From contig JAQGDQ010000213.1 of NCBI GenBank assembly GCA_030141605.1, positions 1 through 64,000 of the forward strand: a stretch of 64,000 nucleotides of DNA. The letters run 5' to 3'. This stretch comes from Tubiluchus corallicola (taxonomy: Eukaryota > Animalia > Priapulida). The notes under the pieces are model-generated. The model was not told the DNA's origin and did not search any database. It worked only from the letters and a program-made list of their open reading frames with translations. Both the position numbers and the translations under genes were made by a program. Shown here piece after piece: positions 33,601-46,392 of the stretch (the first letter of the stretch is position 1; the number at the start of each line of letters is the position of its first letter).

Positions 33601-35678
33601 GCAGAATACAGACAATTCACTTTTGTTTCTCCTTAAAGAAAAGTTAATATGCGTACTTAGTTATACTTACAAAACATTTTTTATAATATATGTAGTCTTA
33701 GCTAGATATAAGGTATAATATCAGACCACAACATGCTTTCATTCTTTTTAGAGCATCGTGATCTAGTCAAGATTGATACAATTTGTTGCAATCTTTATGA
33801 AATCTGAAAGGTAAATATTGAAAAAATAAGAAGCTTTTAAAACTATTAAATGTTTCATTTTCATGCTCTTCATGCTCTAGCTACAATTATAATATTAAAC
33901 TTTTATGTTAGTTGTATTAAACAGCAGAAATAATTGTTTATGATATAAACTAACATTATAAGGCATGACTTGAAGAAAGACTTACAAGAAGTTAAAGTTT
34001 ATTACCTCAGGGTTATCACCAGCTTAGTTAGAAGGTCAAAGCAGTCTCTAAAATGTAAATCTTTTTTGTAATAGAGTCCAGCAGCAAAACGAATAACTTA
34101 TCGAAATTATCATTCTAGTGTAACTTTAAACTCCCAATTATTTGTGGCCATACAATACAATTTTGTTTCATTGATTAGTGCACCCATTAACAACTGTAAT
34201 TAATGCTGATGTAATAATAATAAGTGCTCAGTAAAAACATTAATGTTGTTGCTTGCTGTCCATGATGGCGAAACATTACGTCATCATCGCTGTCCATGAT
34301 GGTGAGTAGCCTGCAACTCGCAAAGCAGCTGGAACTAATTGGATATGCATAAAAAACCATGCGGTTTTTGTGTGAAATGAACTTTCTTGCTGCATGGGTG
34401 TTCGCGAAAAAATCGAAAATCTTCAGATTTTCTGAGAACAATTCTGTGCATCATTTTCCTTGCATCCTCACTGTGAAATGGGCCTAACAATAGCCAATGA
34501 GAAGTGTCAAAATTATCAGGCAGATAATGTCGCAAAATTAAATAATGTTACAGGTAAAATTTGATACCTTTGTAACATGCTACTACTCCCTTCACATAGT
34601 TGGCCCAAGAAGGAGAACCTGGTGCAAGTGGGACCGACTCACTTGGTAGGTTAAATTCAGTCTCGTATGGCTGGTCAGCATCAGGTGAAAGAGTTAATAG
34701 TTTACAAACTCCAGTCTCTGTTGGACAGCCAACGAGAATCGTAACTAATGGCATAGCCTGTAATAAACAAACTTAGAATAATAAAATTGGAAAAAAAGCA
34801 TTGCAACCTAATGAAAAACTTAGCTCGAAGTTAGCCAAACAGTTACAAAATCACACCAGGATAGAAGGAATATCACAATTCCAGATTGCACTCAATATTC
34901 GTTACAATTAGGAAAAATGAAAAACACAGGCTTATGTACCACAGATTGCTGTAGTTGCTTTCACTGAAAATTCTAAGAAGTAACATGTTATCTGAAAGTT
35001 TGTGCTGCGCAAGAATCAATAAATAAACTTACAATAAATGATTGAATTTTAGAAATAAAATATTGATAACTGGCTTGAAAGAAACTGACTTAAATCAATC
35101 TTTTATTAACTTAATTTTTCAGTTGAATACAAGTAAACAGAAAAACGGCCATTCCTCCTGAGCACACAGTATTTCAAGACTGAAATGCCAAGTACAAAGT
35201 GATAGCACATCAATATTGCCTCAATAGTGGAGGCAAAGAAAATTTATATTGATGCTTCTGAATTTAAAGTACAGATTTACATATTTATAAAATACTATTA
35301 TGAATTTATTAAATTTTGAAGCTGACAATTAAAAAGTAGAATTTACTAGAAAATAAACAAGAACTTTACGCTGCAAGTGGCCTACATGGTTTACTAGCTA
35401 TCAATCATTTTGATCAATCTCTACAATCTTGTGTGTAGGATGTTTTCTATGATTCAGTTACACTTTAACATTACAAAGCCCAGCGTAAATTTAACTATAC
35501 ATAACTTACACATATAACTTACCATAGGAAGTACATATCCTTTATTGTAATCTGTGTGTTCTCCTATTAGATTCACTCTTCCTGGAGCTATGGCACAGAC
35601 AGCAGCTACTTCATTGAAATGCTGATGATAAGAATTTTTTGCCAACTCTAACAAGTTGTCAATTGTTGAAGATGACAT
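27639..35678 (-). CDS. GALK1: Galactokinase 1 (GHMP kinase), 392 aa
   Basis: Exons 35678-35523, 34757-34568, 32544-32420, 32130-31997, 29903-29722, 28628-28478, 28099-27937, 27716-27639. GT-AG, phase-consistent, 1179 nt. Motifs '[22 protein letters not shown]', '[16 protein letters not shown]', 'CGIMDQ', '[14 protein letters not shown]'. Confidence 0.97.
32832..34484 (+). mobile_element. PIF/Harbinger-type deletion derivative in GALK1 intron 2 (1653 bp)
   Basis: TIRs GGTCCATTTCACAGTAAGGGTGC / GCATCCTCACTGTGAAATGGGCC with a TAA target duplication on both sides (32829-32831, 34485-34487). Subterminal GGAATTCC-like repeats are present. An internal ORF remnant at 33304-33519 is weakly Harbinger-transposase-like. 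Confidence 0.8.
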
Positions 35679-37019
35679 TTCCTAAAAGACACAACAGCTA
35701 GTAATGCATCACAGCCTAAATGAAACAGAGAATTCGCCAAGCAGTAAAACTGACTGTAATGAAATGTAATGTAATGTACTGACTGTAGTTTGATAACTGA
35801 TAGACAAGACCAGCTTTTTAGCTGCAATTTTTGAATTCAACCATGCCTCTGTAATCACAATAATCACTGAACCCTACATAATGACATTATTCAATCTGTT
35901 TAGCATCATTTCAAAAATTGAAACTAACAAGCCACCAACAATGCTGTTTCATAAAAATGCCCAATTAATATTTTCTGCAAATCAAGAGCATCATTTCAAC
36001 CTATTTAGCTACTAGCAGAACAACAATAGGCTAGATAACTCTTTGGAAATAAATCAGAACCAGCCACAATTACCAACAATTTCACGTTTAACAGAGAAAA
36101 AAAACGTTTTTTTCGTATTTCTCGAATTTCACATTTATTTGGGTCCGAAAACAAAGATTAGGTTTTTGAACTTGGTGCAAAATTTAAGCACCGGTCTAGC
36201 TCTCCTGTCTTTATGATCAAACAATTTCAACAAAAAAATTTTTTAAACCTTTTAATAGCTTTAATCCACAGATTTGTCCCCTAAAATGTATGTCAAAATA
36301 CAGATTGAAAATTTTGTCGACATTTTGACAAGCATATACTTCTGCGAGCATATAGTAGGTGTTGGGGGGGGGGGTGTTACTTAGCTTATAAAGTTGAACA
36401 AAAGTTAAGCTAACTATTCTGTCCCTTTGTGAGCGTTAACTAGCCAAGTTATAATTTTACAGCTATTGTTGATAACATATTGGGAATACCTATTAATAAC
36501 ATTAAAATCTCACACAAAATGTTTTGGATAGTCCATAGCTGATAATAGTAACTGCAGCTACAAAAGAATCAAGCATCTAGATGTTGATATTGCACTGCAA
36601 ACGAACGATGTCATTTTTGTTCAAAATAAGCATGCCCAATGAGTTAAATTGATATTATTAATTACATGAGTCGCTTATCACTGCTTCATTGCAGAAACTT
36701 TCTAACATTTTTTCAAATATTGAAATAATCTGAACGTCCTGAGAGGCTTGCATTTCCTTTAACACAAAGGACAAGCCACATAGCACGTTGGGTTTATTTC
36801 TGTTGTTATCACTTTAACTTGAAAATAAAACAAAGAAATTTGCACAAAAACTGTCTATAAAGCATAAAGTTAATTTATACTACTGCTGTATAGAAATTTT
36901 AACGTGAGGCGGTGGCCACCAGTCACTTGAAATTACGACACAACAGGTGGACTTCATGACATTTTGTAGGCTTGCGCATCATGGCTTTCCATAAGTGCAC
37001 ACTACTTAATCATGAACAA

Positions 37020-37400
37020 CGTCAATGACGAAAGAACGAGTGTTCAAAATGGGAGCACCTAATTAAGTATGTAGGCAAATTTTAGACAGATGCTTCAATG
37101 ACAAAATAAAAAAAATCCTGATGCTTATAATCTGGAGTTACTCAAACTTGTGTAAATACAAGCATGGCTTGTAGCCTGAAATTTTCAGTGACCACTTCAC
37201 AAATTCACATTAATGGCACACAAACGAGGGCAGCTAGTACTAGTAGCGAATGTGTCTTCGTAGAAAATTCTAATCCAGATGCAGATCTACAGGTATTAAA
37301 GCCAAAGGTGCTGAATTGTGGAATTCTCTATCAAGAAACATCACTAATGGTATGATTCATAATGTCATCAAAAAACACAAAACTTATTGCTAGACATTAC
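37020..37400 (+). mobile_element. 3' end fragment of CR1/L2-like LINE ORF2
   Basis: Translates to ...QIHINGTQTR... and, after a frameshift, ...GIKAKGAELWNSLSRNI, matching the 'xLWNSLP' C-terminal motif of CR1/L2 ORF2. Confidence 0.5.
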
Positions 37401-37429
37401 TACGATAATTTACATAAATTATGGGTCTC

Positions 37430-37880
37430 CATAATTTAATGGATTGAAGAACGTAATTTTGGACATGATGGATATAACTTTGAGCGTCATTTCACCGAAC
37501 TAATGCACATATTCCGATGGATGTGATGAACATCCGTTTACTATTTCGACGGACAAATTAAACGTAATTTTGGATGCAATGGATGCAAGTTGAACGCCAA
37601 TCCATTAAACTGATGGACCTACGTAATCTTGGACGTAACTACGAGCATCCATTCAATAAGTTGAAGGCTAGTTTGATTTATGTCCATTTACTGTGTATTT
37701 GAACGCAGTGGGTGTCCATTTGGTATGTGTACTTGAATGCAGTGGACGTTATGTCAAGCGTCCATTCACAAAACAATATAAAGTAAATTAATGGACCTAC
37801 ACAATTACTGACGTGGTTGGCTTAACGTTTAGCATCCGCTGAACGTTAGTTTAAACGTAATAGACACCATATATTGCGTG
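37430..37880. repeat. Region of dispersed short motif repeats (ATGGAC/GTCCAT, AACGT), probably a decayed DNA-transposon subterminal array
   Basis: Many ATGGAY/RTCCAT and AACGTAATTTTGGA motifs in both orientations. Confidence 0.45.
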
Positions 37881-38179
37881 TGATATACAAATCAATTTGA
37901 TTAGTTTTTGCAATGTGATTCTTATATTAACAATGTTCATCACGTCCATTCATTTAGGATTTGCCATAAATATAATAGAAAGTTCTTCTTCTTCTGTTGC
38001 TCTAAACATCTATTGTAAACATTGAGCCTCTAGTCTTATTAGAGTATCCCACTGTTTCCTGTCTGCAGCTAAAATTTTCAATTCCTGTGACGGTATACTT
38101 ACTTGCGAATTGCTTGCGAAGTTTAAGAGACCTAACCATTGACATGAGATTAGCCCATAAAAGGCAATTAAAAGTTTTA

Positions 38180-38949
38180 GGGCACGAAGGATGCCACTAG
38201 CCGAAGTAGGACACTTCCACTAAAGCGCATGTGCTAAATTTTACGGAACATCAGCGTCGTACATGGGCAGCCCAAGTAGGGCACTGGCGATTTCTGTCGA
38301 GAATCGAGAATTGCAAAATAATAAAACATAAAACTAAATTTGTTTTAGAGAAAAAGTAAGCATAATAATGATGGATAGTTCTTGACAATTCACAAAATGC
38401 ATTCTTACAATAATATCATCATCATTATTAACTCCATTAATATTATCATAACATTAAACTAACTATCTAATGCTTTAAAAAGAGAAACTATGTAAGACAC
38501 ATAGCTTGCAACCCCGTTTACTTAGTAGAAAACAATTATTGTCCAAGAAGTAGTGAAACAGATCACCAGTCTGTGAAGTGAGACAAAATAAAAAAATGAT
38601 GATATTTTGAGCAAATGTTGGAATCGCCTAAAAATTTGTCTTATTTCGATTTAAAAAGATTAATCTTATCGAATTATCGAAGCCAAATTTAATATTGACC
38701 GTTCTACTAGCTCAGAATAAGATTCTCTTATTTTATCAGATGTATAATAAATTATTCAACGTGTCTTGACGTTTTCAATTATTATTATTATAAAATAAAC
38801 AAGGACAACGGACGCTGCCAGCACAATTAACGACTCATTTCGTGACCTGTCTCTAGTGTCATACTTGTGCAGCCCATGTACGACGTCTTACTTGGGCTAG
38901 CCCATGTACGCCAATTTCCCTACTTCGGCTAGTGTCGTACTCAGCTCCC
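38180..38949 (+). mobile_element. ~770-bp TIR element (MITE), copy 1
   Basis: TIRs GGGCACGAAGGATGCCACTAGCCGAAGTAGG / CCTACTTCGGCTAGTGTCGTACTCAGCTCCC, with subterminal GTACATGGGC(T)AGCCCAAGTA motifs. Aligns along its length with the reverse complement of 49767-50510. Confidence 0.9.
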
Positions 38950-39139
38950 AACAAAAGCATCAGCTTCCCAAGTTTCAGCAGTTATTAAATTTTGTTTTAA
39001 TAGCAATATAATGATAATGAATAAGCTTTCGACATATATATATAACTAGTCTAACTGGTATAAGATATATACCATTCCACTTACGCGTATGTGACTTTTA
39101 TCGTTATTGTCAATGTGAAATTAAGTAAACTTTATTAAA

Positions 39140-39721
39140 ATGGAAAATCCAAGCGATGATTTCGAACAGGTAACTGAAAAACCTGGACCTATTCATCTTA
39201 CTGGAGATGATATAGGTGATACTTGTGGATTTTCTCGCGAGGACAATGAGGTAGCAAATATTACTAATGATTCTGATACTGAAGGTGTGAGAGATGAATT
39301 CAGAACTGTGGTACCTGGAGAAGCTTCGGAAAGTGACAGTGAACAAGAAGTGAATTTCGTTTCTCAGACAGAATTGCCTACTTCGATAAACACTGCCGGT
39401 ATATTACTACCAGTAGTGCGTTCACCAAAAATCTTGCAAAAGCAGAGGCTTACGACTGACTCTTTATTGCATCGAAAACTAGCTGAGAAGAATATCAATT
39501 TTAGAAGCCATTTAAATGAATCATTGAAAAACATGTATGGAGTTGAAACAAAAATGTTGAAAGCTAACTCACAGCTATTGATGAAAACACAACTAGCTGT
39601 TCAGGACATTTCTCAAGCTTTGCAACAAATGAATTTAAATCTTTATCACTTAGAAGACAAAATAGAGATCATCACAGGCGAGTGCTATCTACCAAGTATT
39701 AATATTCCTGATATAATGTAA
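39140..39721 (+). CDS. BLOC1S3: BLOC-1 subunit 3-like, single coding exon, 193 aa
   Basis: Intact ATG..TAA ORF with the 'VVPGEASESDSE' motif, 'SLLHRKLAEKN', a coiled-coil region and C-terminal 'LEDKIEIITGECYLPSI', matching BLOC1S3 as recalled. Confidence 0.85.
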   Translation: MENPSDDFEQVTEKPGPIHLTGDDIGDTCGFSREDNEVANITNDSDTEGVRDEFRTVVPGEASESDSEQEVNFVSQTELPTSINTAGILLPVVRSPKILQKQRLTTDSLLHRKLAEKNINFRSHLNESLKNMYGVETKMLKANSQLLMKTQLAVQDISQALQQMNLNLYHLEDKIEIITGECYLPSINIPDIM

Positions 39722-42325
39722 AAACATTACTCGACTAATAGAGGAAGCAATATTCAAAATGTCTGGACTATTTAATATTCAATTTTTGAATGGAGGTGTC
39801 TGTAAATTAACTTGCTGAGAATGGTTACAAACCTTGTTTCTGAATCAGCTGCCTGGTACTCTCTATTCCTTTGCAGTTATTGTAAATAATCTTGGTTGAA
39901 TGCCTTAGTGGTGTCAACAATAATTTATATTTTATTTAAATATAAACCTTTATATAAAATGCAAAGTTAATTTGTACTAAATTGTGCTTAATGGCACAAA
40001 TTCTGTATCAATGCAAACAGTTTCTTAATGAATTTTGTATCCCTTATTTTAATGTCATTGTTAAGCTTCATTTCACGTTTAGTTTTACCTGTAATTTTTA
40101 TTATTGCATCTCTCCCTTACAGCTGATGAAGTCCGCGAAGGACAAAAGCTTATGTGAAAAATAAAAATCTTTTTTGAGGCTTAATGGCCACTTTGACTTC
40201 TGTACGATTATTGCAAATTCCTTAAATAAACTAGAATAGCTTTATCAATAAAAACGTTCTGTAATACCACCATTTATTGCAAACCAAATTTACACATATT
40301 TCAACACAACCATAGTGAAAAAAGCAGATGTTTTACCAAATCTTGAGGGTCCCTGCAGTGCAACGTATACTAATCTATATGATCTGGCCCTGACAGCAAT
40401 GGGAAAAATGCATGGCCTAATAGATGCAGATATTTAACATTATCTTTCAATGGCAGGCTCACATAGTGGGGTGCTGGACTTTCCACCAAGGCATTTTACT
40501 ACATTTGGAGGCTTTCTGGAGACTATTTGGAAAAGCTGCTCCAATTTTGTCTATGACAGCCAGTCATTTTTTATTTACATTACTAAAAATGTAATGTAAA
40601 TGTTTTACAGTAATTACATTAAAACTGTAAATGTATCATTGTCACTAAAAATTATTTATGTCTTAGTATGAATAACAAAAACACTATGAAATTTTAACGT
40701 ATACATGTATGTCAATCGGGTGCAGTAATTACAACTCTTACATACTATTAAACAATTTAAATAAACCACTTGGATGTGTTACGCTCTTAATATCAAACAG
40801 ACTACCAGACATGTAAATAGGCCAGTTTTGGTTGTCTTTCAAGGTCTAGCCCATACAAGTAGATTTCGGGTTTGTTTGTCAGTTTCATTTTGATTTTCTT
40901 AACTAGTAATTGTAATGTGTCTTCTAATATAGTCTTTAATACAGCTTCTTAATGAATTCTCTGTACCCCTTATTTTCACGTCACTGTATTCCTTCATTTT
41001 GCGTGTAGTTTTACATGCAAGTTTTATTATTGTCTCTACCTGACAGGTGAAGAAGTCCGTGGAGGACGAAAGCTTAGTGTGAAAAAAATTGAGACTTAAT
41101 GGGCACGTTGACTTTACGATTATGACCATAGTAAGTCTCAGAAGAGCACTACCTTATTTTGCAATTTGTTTACTTCTAGCTATGTAAACATTGCAAAAAT
41201 ATATGATGCCATAATTACTCCTAAATTCGTTGGGTGTGCTACTCAAGCAGTCATGTCAGAAATGTACTGTTTCTGGTTGTTTGGACTTATCTGCAGTACT
41301 AATGTCATTATCAGATGCACCTTTTAAAGAAAGCAACTCAATAATAAGAAAAATGTTTTATTAGCAAAAACAGTGAACAGTTTAGGCAATTCAACCACCA
41401 ATAAACAAAAAAACAATATGTGGTAGTATGCAGATATATATATCACTAAAATACAATGTAGACTTATTTATGTTTACCCCTGTTGTTGTAAATTTACTAA
41501 ATCTGACAACATTATCAGCATGATAACCCAGTTTAGGGGAATGGAATTCACAAGACTGACTGAATGCATTTAGAGAAAGTTACTGCATGTACACCAATAC
41601 CGGAATAGTAGACATACGATAATTACATAACTCGTAACGAACTTGCCAAAACAAGGTACAAATGAGAGTTTCTACTATGTTTAGTTATTATTAATGTGGT
41701 CAAGTCTTAATACATCTGTAATTACATAGCAGACCTTTGTTATTATATGACATCTTTGTCTAGCTATAAAGGCTAGCAAATTAGGATGCTGAGCTCTACA
41801 TGCTTTGACGTTGTTGCAAAACATTGAAGAGTGTCTTCTGACTGTTTGCAGTCACTCAAAAGAATGATGAAATTTTCTCTGAAAATTACAACTGCCACCT
41901 GACTGATCAATTAAGTCTGATTTGGTTGTGGATAAAAAACATAATTATGCAAAAGCTTTGAGGTTTCCAAGAAAGTATGAAGTCGTATAACCAAGTCGTC
42001 ATGACCCGAGGGATTTTCATATTCATAGGGTTGCTCAGATAATCTGCAGCTCAGATCCTCATGGTGGAAAATGATTTGAAATAATTGAGTAAATGTATGC
42101 CCAAACAGGAATCAGGTAATAGACCCAAGTAACATTAATTTTAAATTTAACAATATTTGTAGTACTTTTTAAATTAATAACTCAGTTTTTTTAGCTTGTT
42201 TGATCTGACAATTTTTGGAAATATAAATGTTTATGTAAAAATGAGCTTGTTCACGTTCAAGTAAGTTCATTTTCATGTAAATTTCTCAACATGGTGTTAA
42301 ACAAAGTACCATAATTATAATTTGG

Positions 42326-42428
42326 TTACTTGAGCCAGCAGGATTGCTAGAGACAAAACTGGTAGCAGATTTCATAAACCAGTATAATGATGGACACTTT
42401 GTTTCAAGTAACTTGCTGGCTCAAGTAA
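42326..42428. repeat. Short inverted-repeat element (~103 bp, ~30-bp arms)
   Basis: TTACTTGAGCCAGCAGGATTGCTAGAGACAAA ... TTTGTTTCAAGTAACTTGCTGGCTCAAGTAA; the outer 15 bp pair perfectly. Confidence 0.75.
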
Positions 42429-43367
42429 TCCCATTGAATGTTAAATTATACAATTGTTAAATCTAAAAAAAAATGTTAAATTCAATGGTAAATTATATGG
42501 TAGCTGAAGAACGGAAATTAAAAAAAATCAGTCAATTCTTAAAATTTGATTTTGGGTGATTCTCCAGTAAGCTACGTATCGGTTACAGTACTTTCCCATT
42601 TTGATGTTATCACAAAAATTTCAGAATGTAGAAATTCAGAATTTACACAATAAAGGACTTCATCCACTAATTTTGCGTTCAGTGTACAACTCACTAAAAA
42701 TAGTTGTACTTTTATTACGCTGACTCACCAGTCAAGCACTGTTATTCACTTATCTAGAAACATTAATATTAAATTTCATTGGGGTTTTGCAGAGTGTTGT
42801 TCCAGTTTGTTTTTTGGTACTTTGATATTTCCAGTGCACAATTGGACATGCTAATATTTAGTAAGTTGCACAAAAATTAATTAAAAAGCATTTTTAACAG
42901 ACCACTGTAGTTATGGTAAAATAATAATGAAGTATTATTTGTGAGTTGACATTATATTTTTATTTATTAACTAGAGACGATTTAGGCAGAAGCATTTAGT
43001 ACCAATTTGATGAAAGTTGTCTGTTGCTTGAATTTTCGAACTGCCTTTTGCTACATATCACACAGCAGGTGACACATGTATCAGGATAAACTGTTAAGTG
43101 GAAAAATGATGAATAATGTGGTAGTATTGTCTCTAATGAAATATGCATGCCAAAATTGTATAATAGAAATAATAAAAATGCATTATCAGCACATACACAG
43201 TTTCAAAAAAAATGTTAAATTCAATGTTATAATCTAGCATTACTGGCGAAATCATTGCCAACTGTTATATTCTTTTAAATAAATATTAAAAGCATAGTTG
43301 AAGTATAAACATTAATTTAAAGTTGTTGTGAATTCAATCAATTAAACTGTTATAACAATTACTGATT

Positions 43368-45716
43368 TTAATGGCTTTCTCTCCCGAGCTGTGCAAATTG
43401 TCTAAGAAATTGAGAGGCATTTAATAAATCGGTACAACCATATGTGATGTGCTTGTGCCCTAAAGCACTTTTGTTTTTAACATAGTCCACCAAGTTTTGA
43501 TACTCAATGTAATTTCCGCCACCAATGATGAAAACAAAAGCTTCTTGGAATGGTTGTTTATTTCGAGGAATTGATGTAGAGTCATTTATACGAAGCATTT
43601 TTGGATCAAAGTAGCGGTAATCATCTGTTTCCTGGCTTGCTTTCATCTCCATCAAAGAATCCACAACTCTTGTGACTGGCAAATTATGTTTTTTCACAAC
43701 TAAGTTCTTAACACCTTCCATAACAAACTTTGACCCTTCGGTCATCAATTTTGAAAACATGCTCACAGTTTTTGTGCCTCCGCCAGCATAAGCATTTGGC
43801 GCTGCTGCCATGTTTGTGTAAGCGCGCCACTTACGAACGTACCGAAGCGAAGCAAGGTCGCATCCCGTGGCTTGAAGTGCTAGCTCATACTGGTCAACCT
43901 CAGAATCTCGCATAGGAGATCCACATAGTAGGGCAATTAAAAACAGCCTCATTTTATCCTCGGGAGTGCCAGCATCCGAATTGCTAACGATGTCCATGAT
44001 TGAGCGATCTAACTGTGATCGACTCATCAATTTTTCTTCTGTTTCAAAGTATAGATCTAGTTTCCTTGCTTTGATTTGTTCCAATAATGCTGTGGCTATA
44101 TTAGTGTGCTGATCTATGAGACGCTTCTTCTCCAGCAACACGGGCATAGAGTGCACAGCAGATGTTAAGCGTGCTGTATTTTCAGACACCATGCTAATTG
44201 CTTGATCGGCTTCATCACCCTGCAAGCCCATTGCTGATTTGAGTCGTTTGACTTCATCTTCAGAAACCCTGTAGTCATCAAGCTCTTCCTGAACAGCTTC
44301 AGCGACAACGGGAAATGGGTTTCCTTTCTGCGCAATCCAAAACTTATCAGTAGGTGACAGCTCATAACTTTTCTTTTTCTTAGCAGTTTTTGCGCCGCTA
44401 TGACCACCTGAAATTGTGTCACTTTCTTCTTCTAGTACAATTCGATTAAGCTGCAAATCTAGAACATCATGAGCAAGTGCCTGATATGTCCATGTATGAT
44501 GCATTACAGTAGCAAGGTCTAAATTCCTGTCTAATAACACAAGTAATGGCCGTTGAAAACTAAACTGACCAGATGAAACAGTATCAGCAGAAAAAAGACT
44601 ATTTCGGGCATCTCGCAAATTCTCTCTTAGCTTCTTGTCCAGTTTTTCAGCTACCATTTCAGCAGCATTTCCTTGAGGACAGCGAATAACTGGCACTGTA
44701 CCAAGTGTGACAAAAACGGAAAACAAACTGTCAACTATGGAATCCATAATTTCTTCTATTTCTGTATCTTTTGCATCACCTCTATTAATAGCATAGTAAG
44801 AAATGGCATCTCTTCCTTGTTGCCTCAAAAGAAACAGATCATCCTCCACACAAATAAAATTCAAATATTGGTCAAAGACCTTGGAGATGCTTGCAATGGC
44901 ATTTGCCTGCAATACACCAGTAGCTAGATCTTCTAGCCGCTGTCGAGATATAGCCGAGATGAAGTTCAGATAGTAAGACTCGTACAAAGCATTTTGACAG
45001 TCTTGGCATATCCGTTGGACATTTTCATCCGTAGGCATGACAAAGTAAACAGCGGGTACATCAGGAATCGGATCTCGATCAGAGTGCAAAAGCAAATGAA
45101 GTGTGACACCCATATCTCTGAGCTCTCCGACTGAAAGAATCGGAGAAATGATGTCTTGGCCAAAACGATCATATACAAGAATCTTCCATGACGGTTCAAC
45201 GTTTTGCTTCCCTGTAATATATAATGCAATGAATTTATAGTAACAAAATAAATTAAACAAGCTAACAAATCTCTCAGAATTTCACCAAAAAAGTTTTAGG
45301 CATCATAGAAAAAATGCACCAGACATTTATACTTTTTACTTTTTAATTTTAGTTTGTTTACTAGTATAGTAACATTGTCAAGCAGCAATGTCTTAAAAAA
45401 TGACCACGTGTAACTTCTGCTCAGCAGCTGGCTGCCCTTTTTCCTGGGTAGATGTTTAGTGTTCTATAGCCAGTGAACTTGCCTGCACGAAGAAATTTAA
45501 CATAATTTTTTATACTGGCAAGCTTTAAAGTAACATACGGCAATTAGTTGTTTGGCCTTCTGTCGTGACAGTGACAAGAATTTGAATAATTATTACTGCA
45601 TAATAACTGCTTAGTGGTTAAAATAACGAATAAAATAAGATAATACCTGTCTGCTGATTAAAATTTAGCATCTTTTTCAAAGCTGTTACTTGCTTTTCAC
45701 GTACGGACGCTGCCAT
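43368..45716 (-). CDS. SCFD1: Sec1 family domain-containing protein 1 (Sly1 homolog), 637 aa, two coding exons
   Basis: Exon 1 45716-45647 (MAASVREKQVTALKKMLNFNQQT-G|gtatta), intron 45646-45212 (ttacag|), exon 2 45211-43368 (KQNVEPSWKILVYDRFGQDIISPILSVGELRDMGVTLHL...GGGNYIEYQNL...). The ORF-track start at 45260 is intronic. Confidence 0.96.
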
Positions 45717-46307
45717 TTTGCCAACGTGTTTTTTAGCTTTATTCATTTTGCTTGCTGTTCCGAAGTTGAAAAGAATTCACTGGAATTTCTTTGTTTCTCA
45801 ACGATGCCACCGTTGTGGCAGTACCAAAAATTTAGAATGTTCGAATCCTGGCAAAACCCAAGCAAAATTACTACCTGTTAGTCCTTTTTTATTGTAAACA
45901 CTAAACAACAATACCATATAGCAAAATACATTATGATAACATGGTATACATAGTTACATTAATTTCATAATAAAATCAACAATAATAATTAATTAAAAGC
46001 GATAATTATAAATTGTTGCTTGAATTATAGCCAGAAGCATTACTTGTGTGACTATAATGAACTAGCTGTTAGTCTATCACTTTGATTTCATAAATTCAAG
46101 ATCAGTAGCAGTTGTGGTGAAAACATTCAATTTAACATAATTGTCGGTTTTCTACCAGAACGTTTTTCATTATTTTTTGTGAAACTGGAACACATGTACG
46201 TATATTAAAAATTTAGAGATTGTGCACTTTCTATCTGCAGCTATGTCATGTTAATTACTGGAAAAACAGTAGTGAAACTTAATGAAGTCACTACAGATTA
46301 GGGTAAG

Positions 46308-46392
46308 TATCGAACGTTTGAGTTCGAAAGTTGGAATCAAATTCGAACATTCAAATTCGATGCGAACGAGTTTTTTTAGTTCGAATTCAATT
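46308..46392. repeat. TTCGAA-rich short repeat remnant
   Basis: A cluster of ATTCGAAC/GTTCGAA motifs that truncates the adjacent ORF1 relic. Confidence 0.45.

Noticed and set aside
41500-42110. Possible decayed minus-strand LINE 3' region
   Set aside because: Only faint motif hints and no continuous frame.
45212-45260. N-terminal 'MFNLFCYYKFIALYIT' of the 630-aa ORF
   Set aside because: Intronic read-through; the true start is at 45716 (MAASVREKQ).
43730-45268. Short antisense and alternate-frame ORFs within SCFD1
   Set aside because: Shadow ORFs of a long coding exon.
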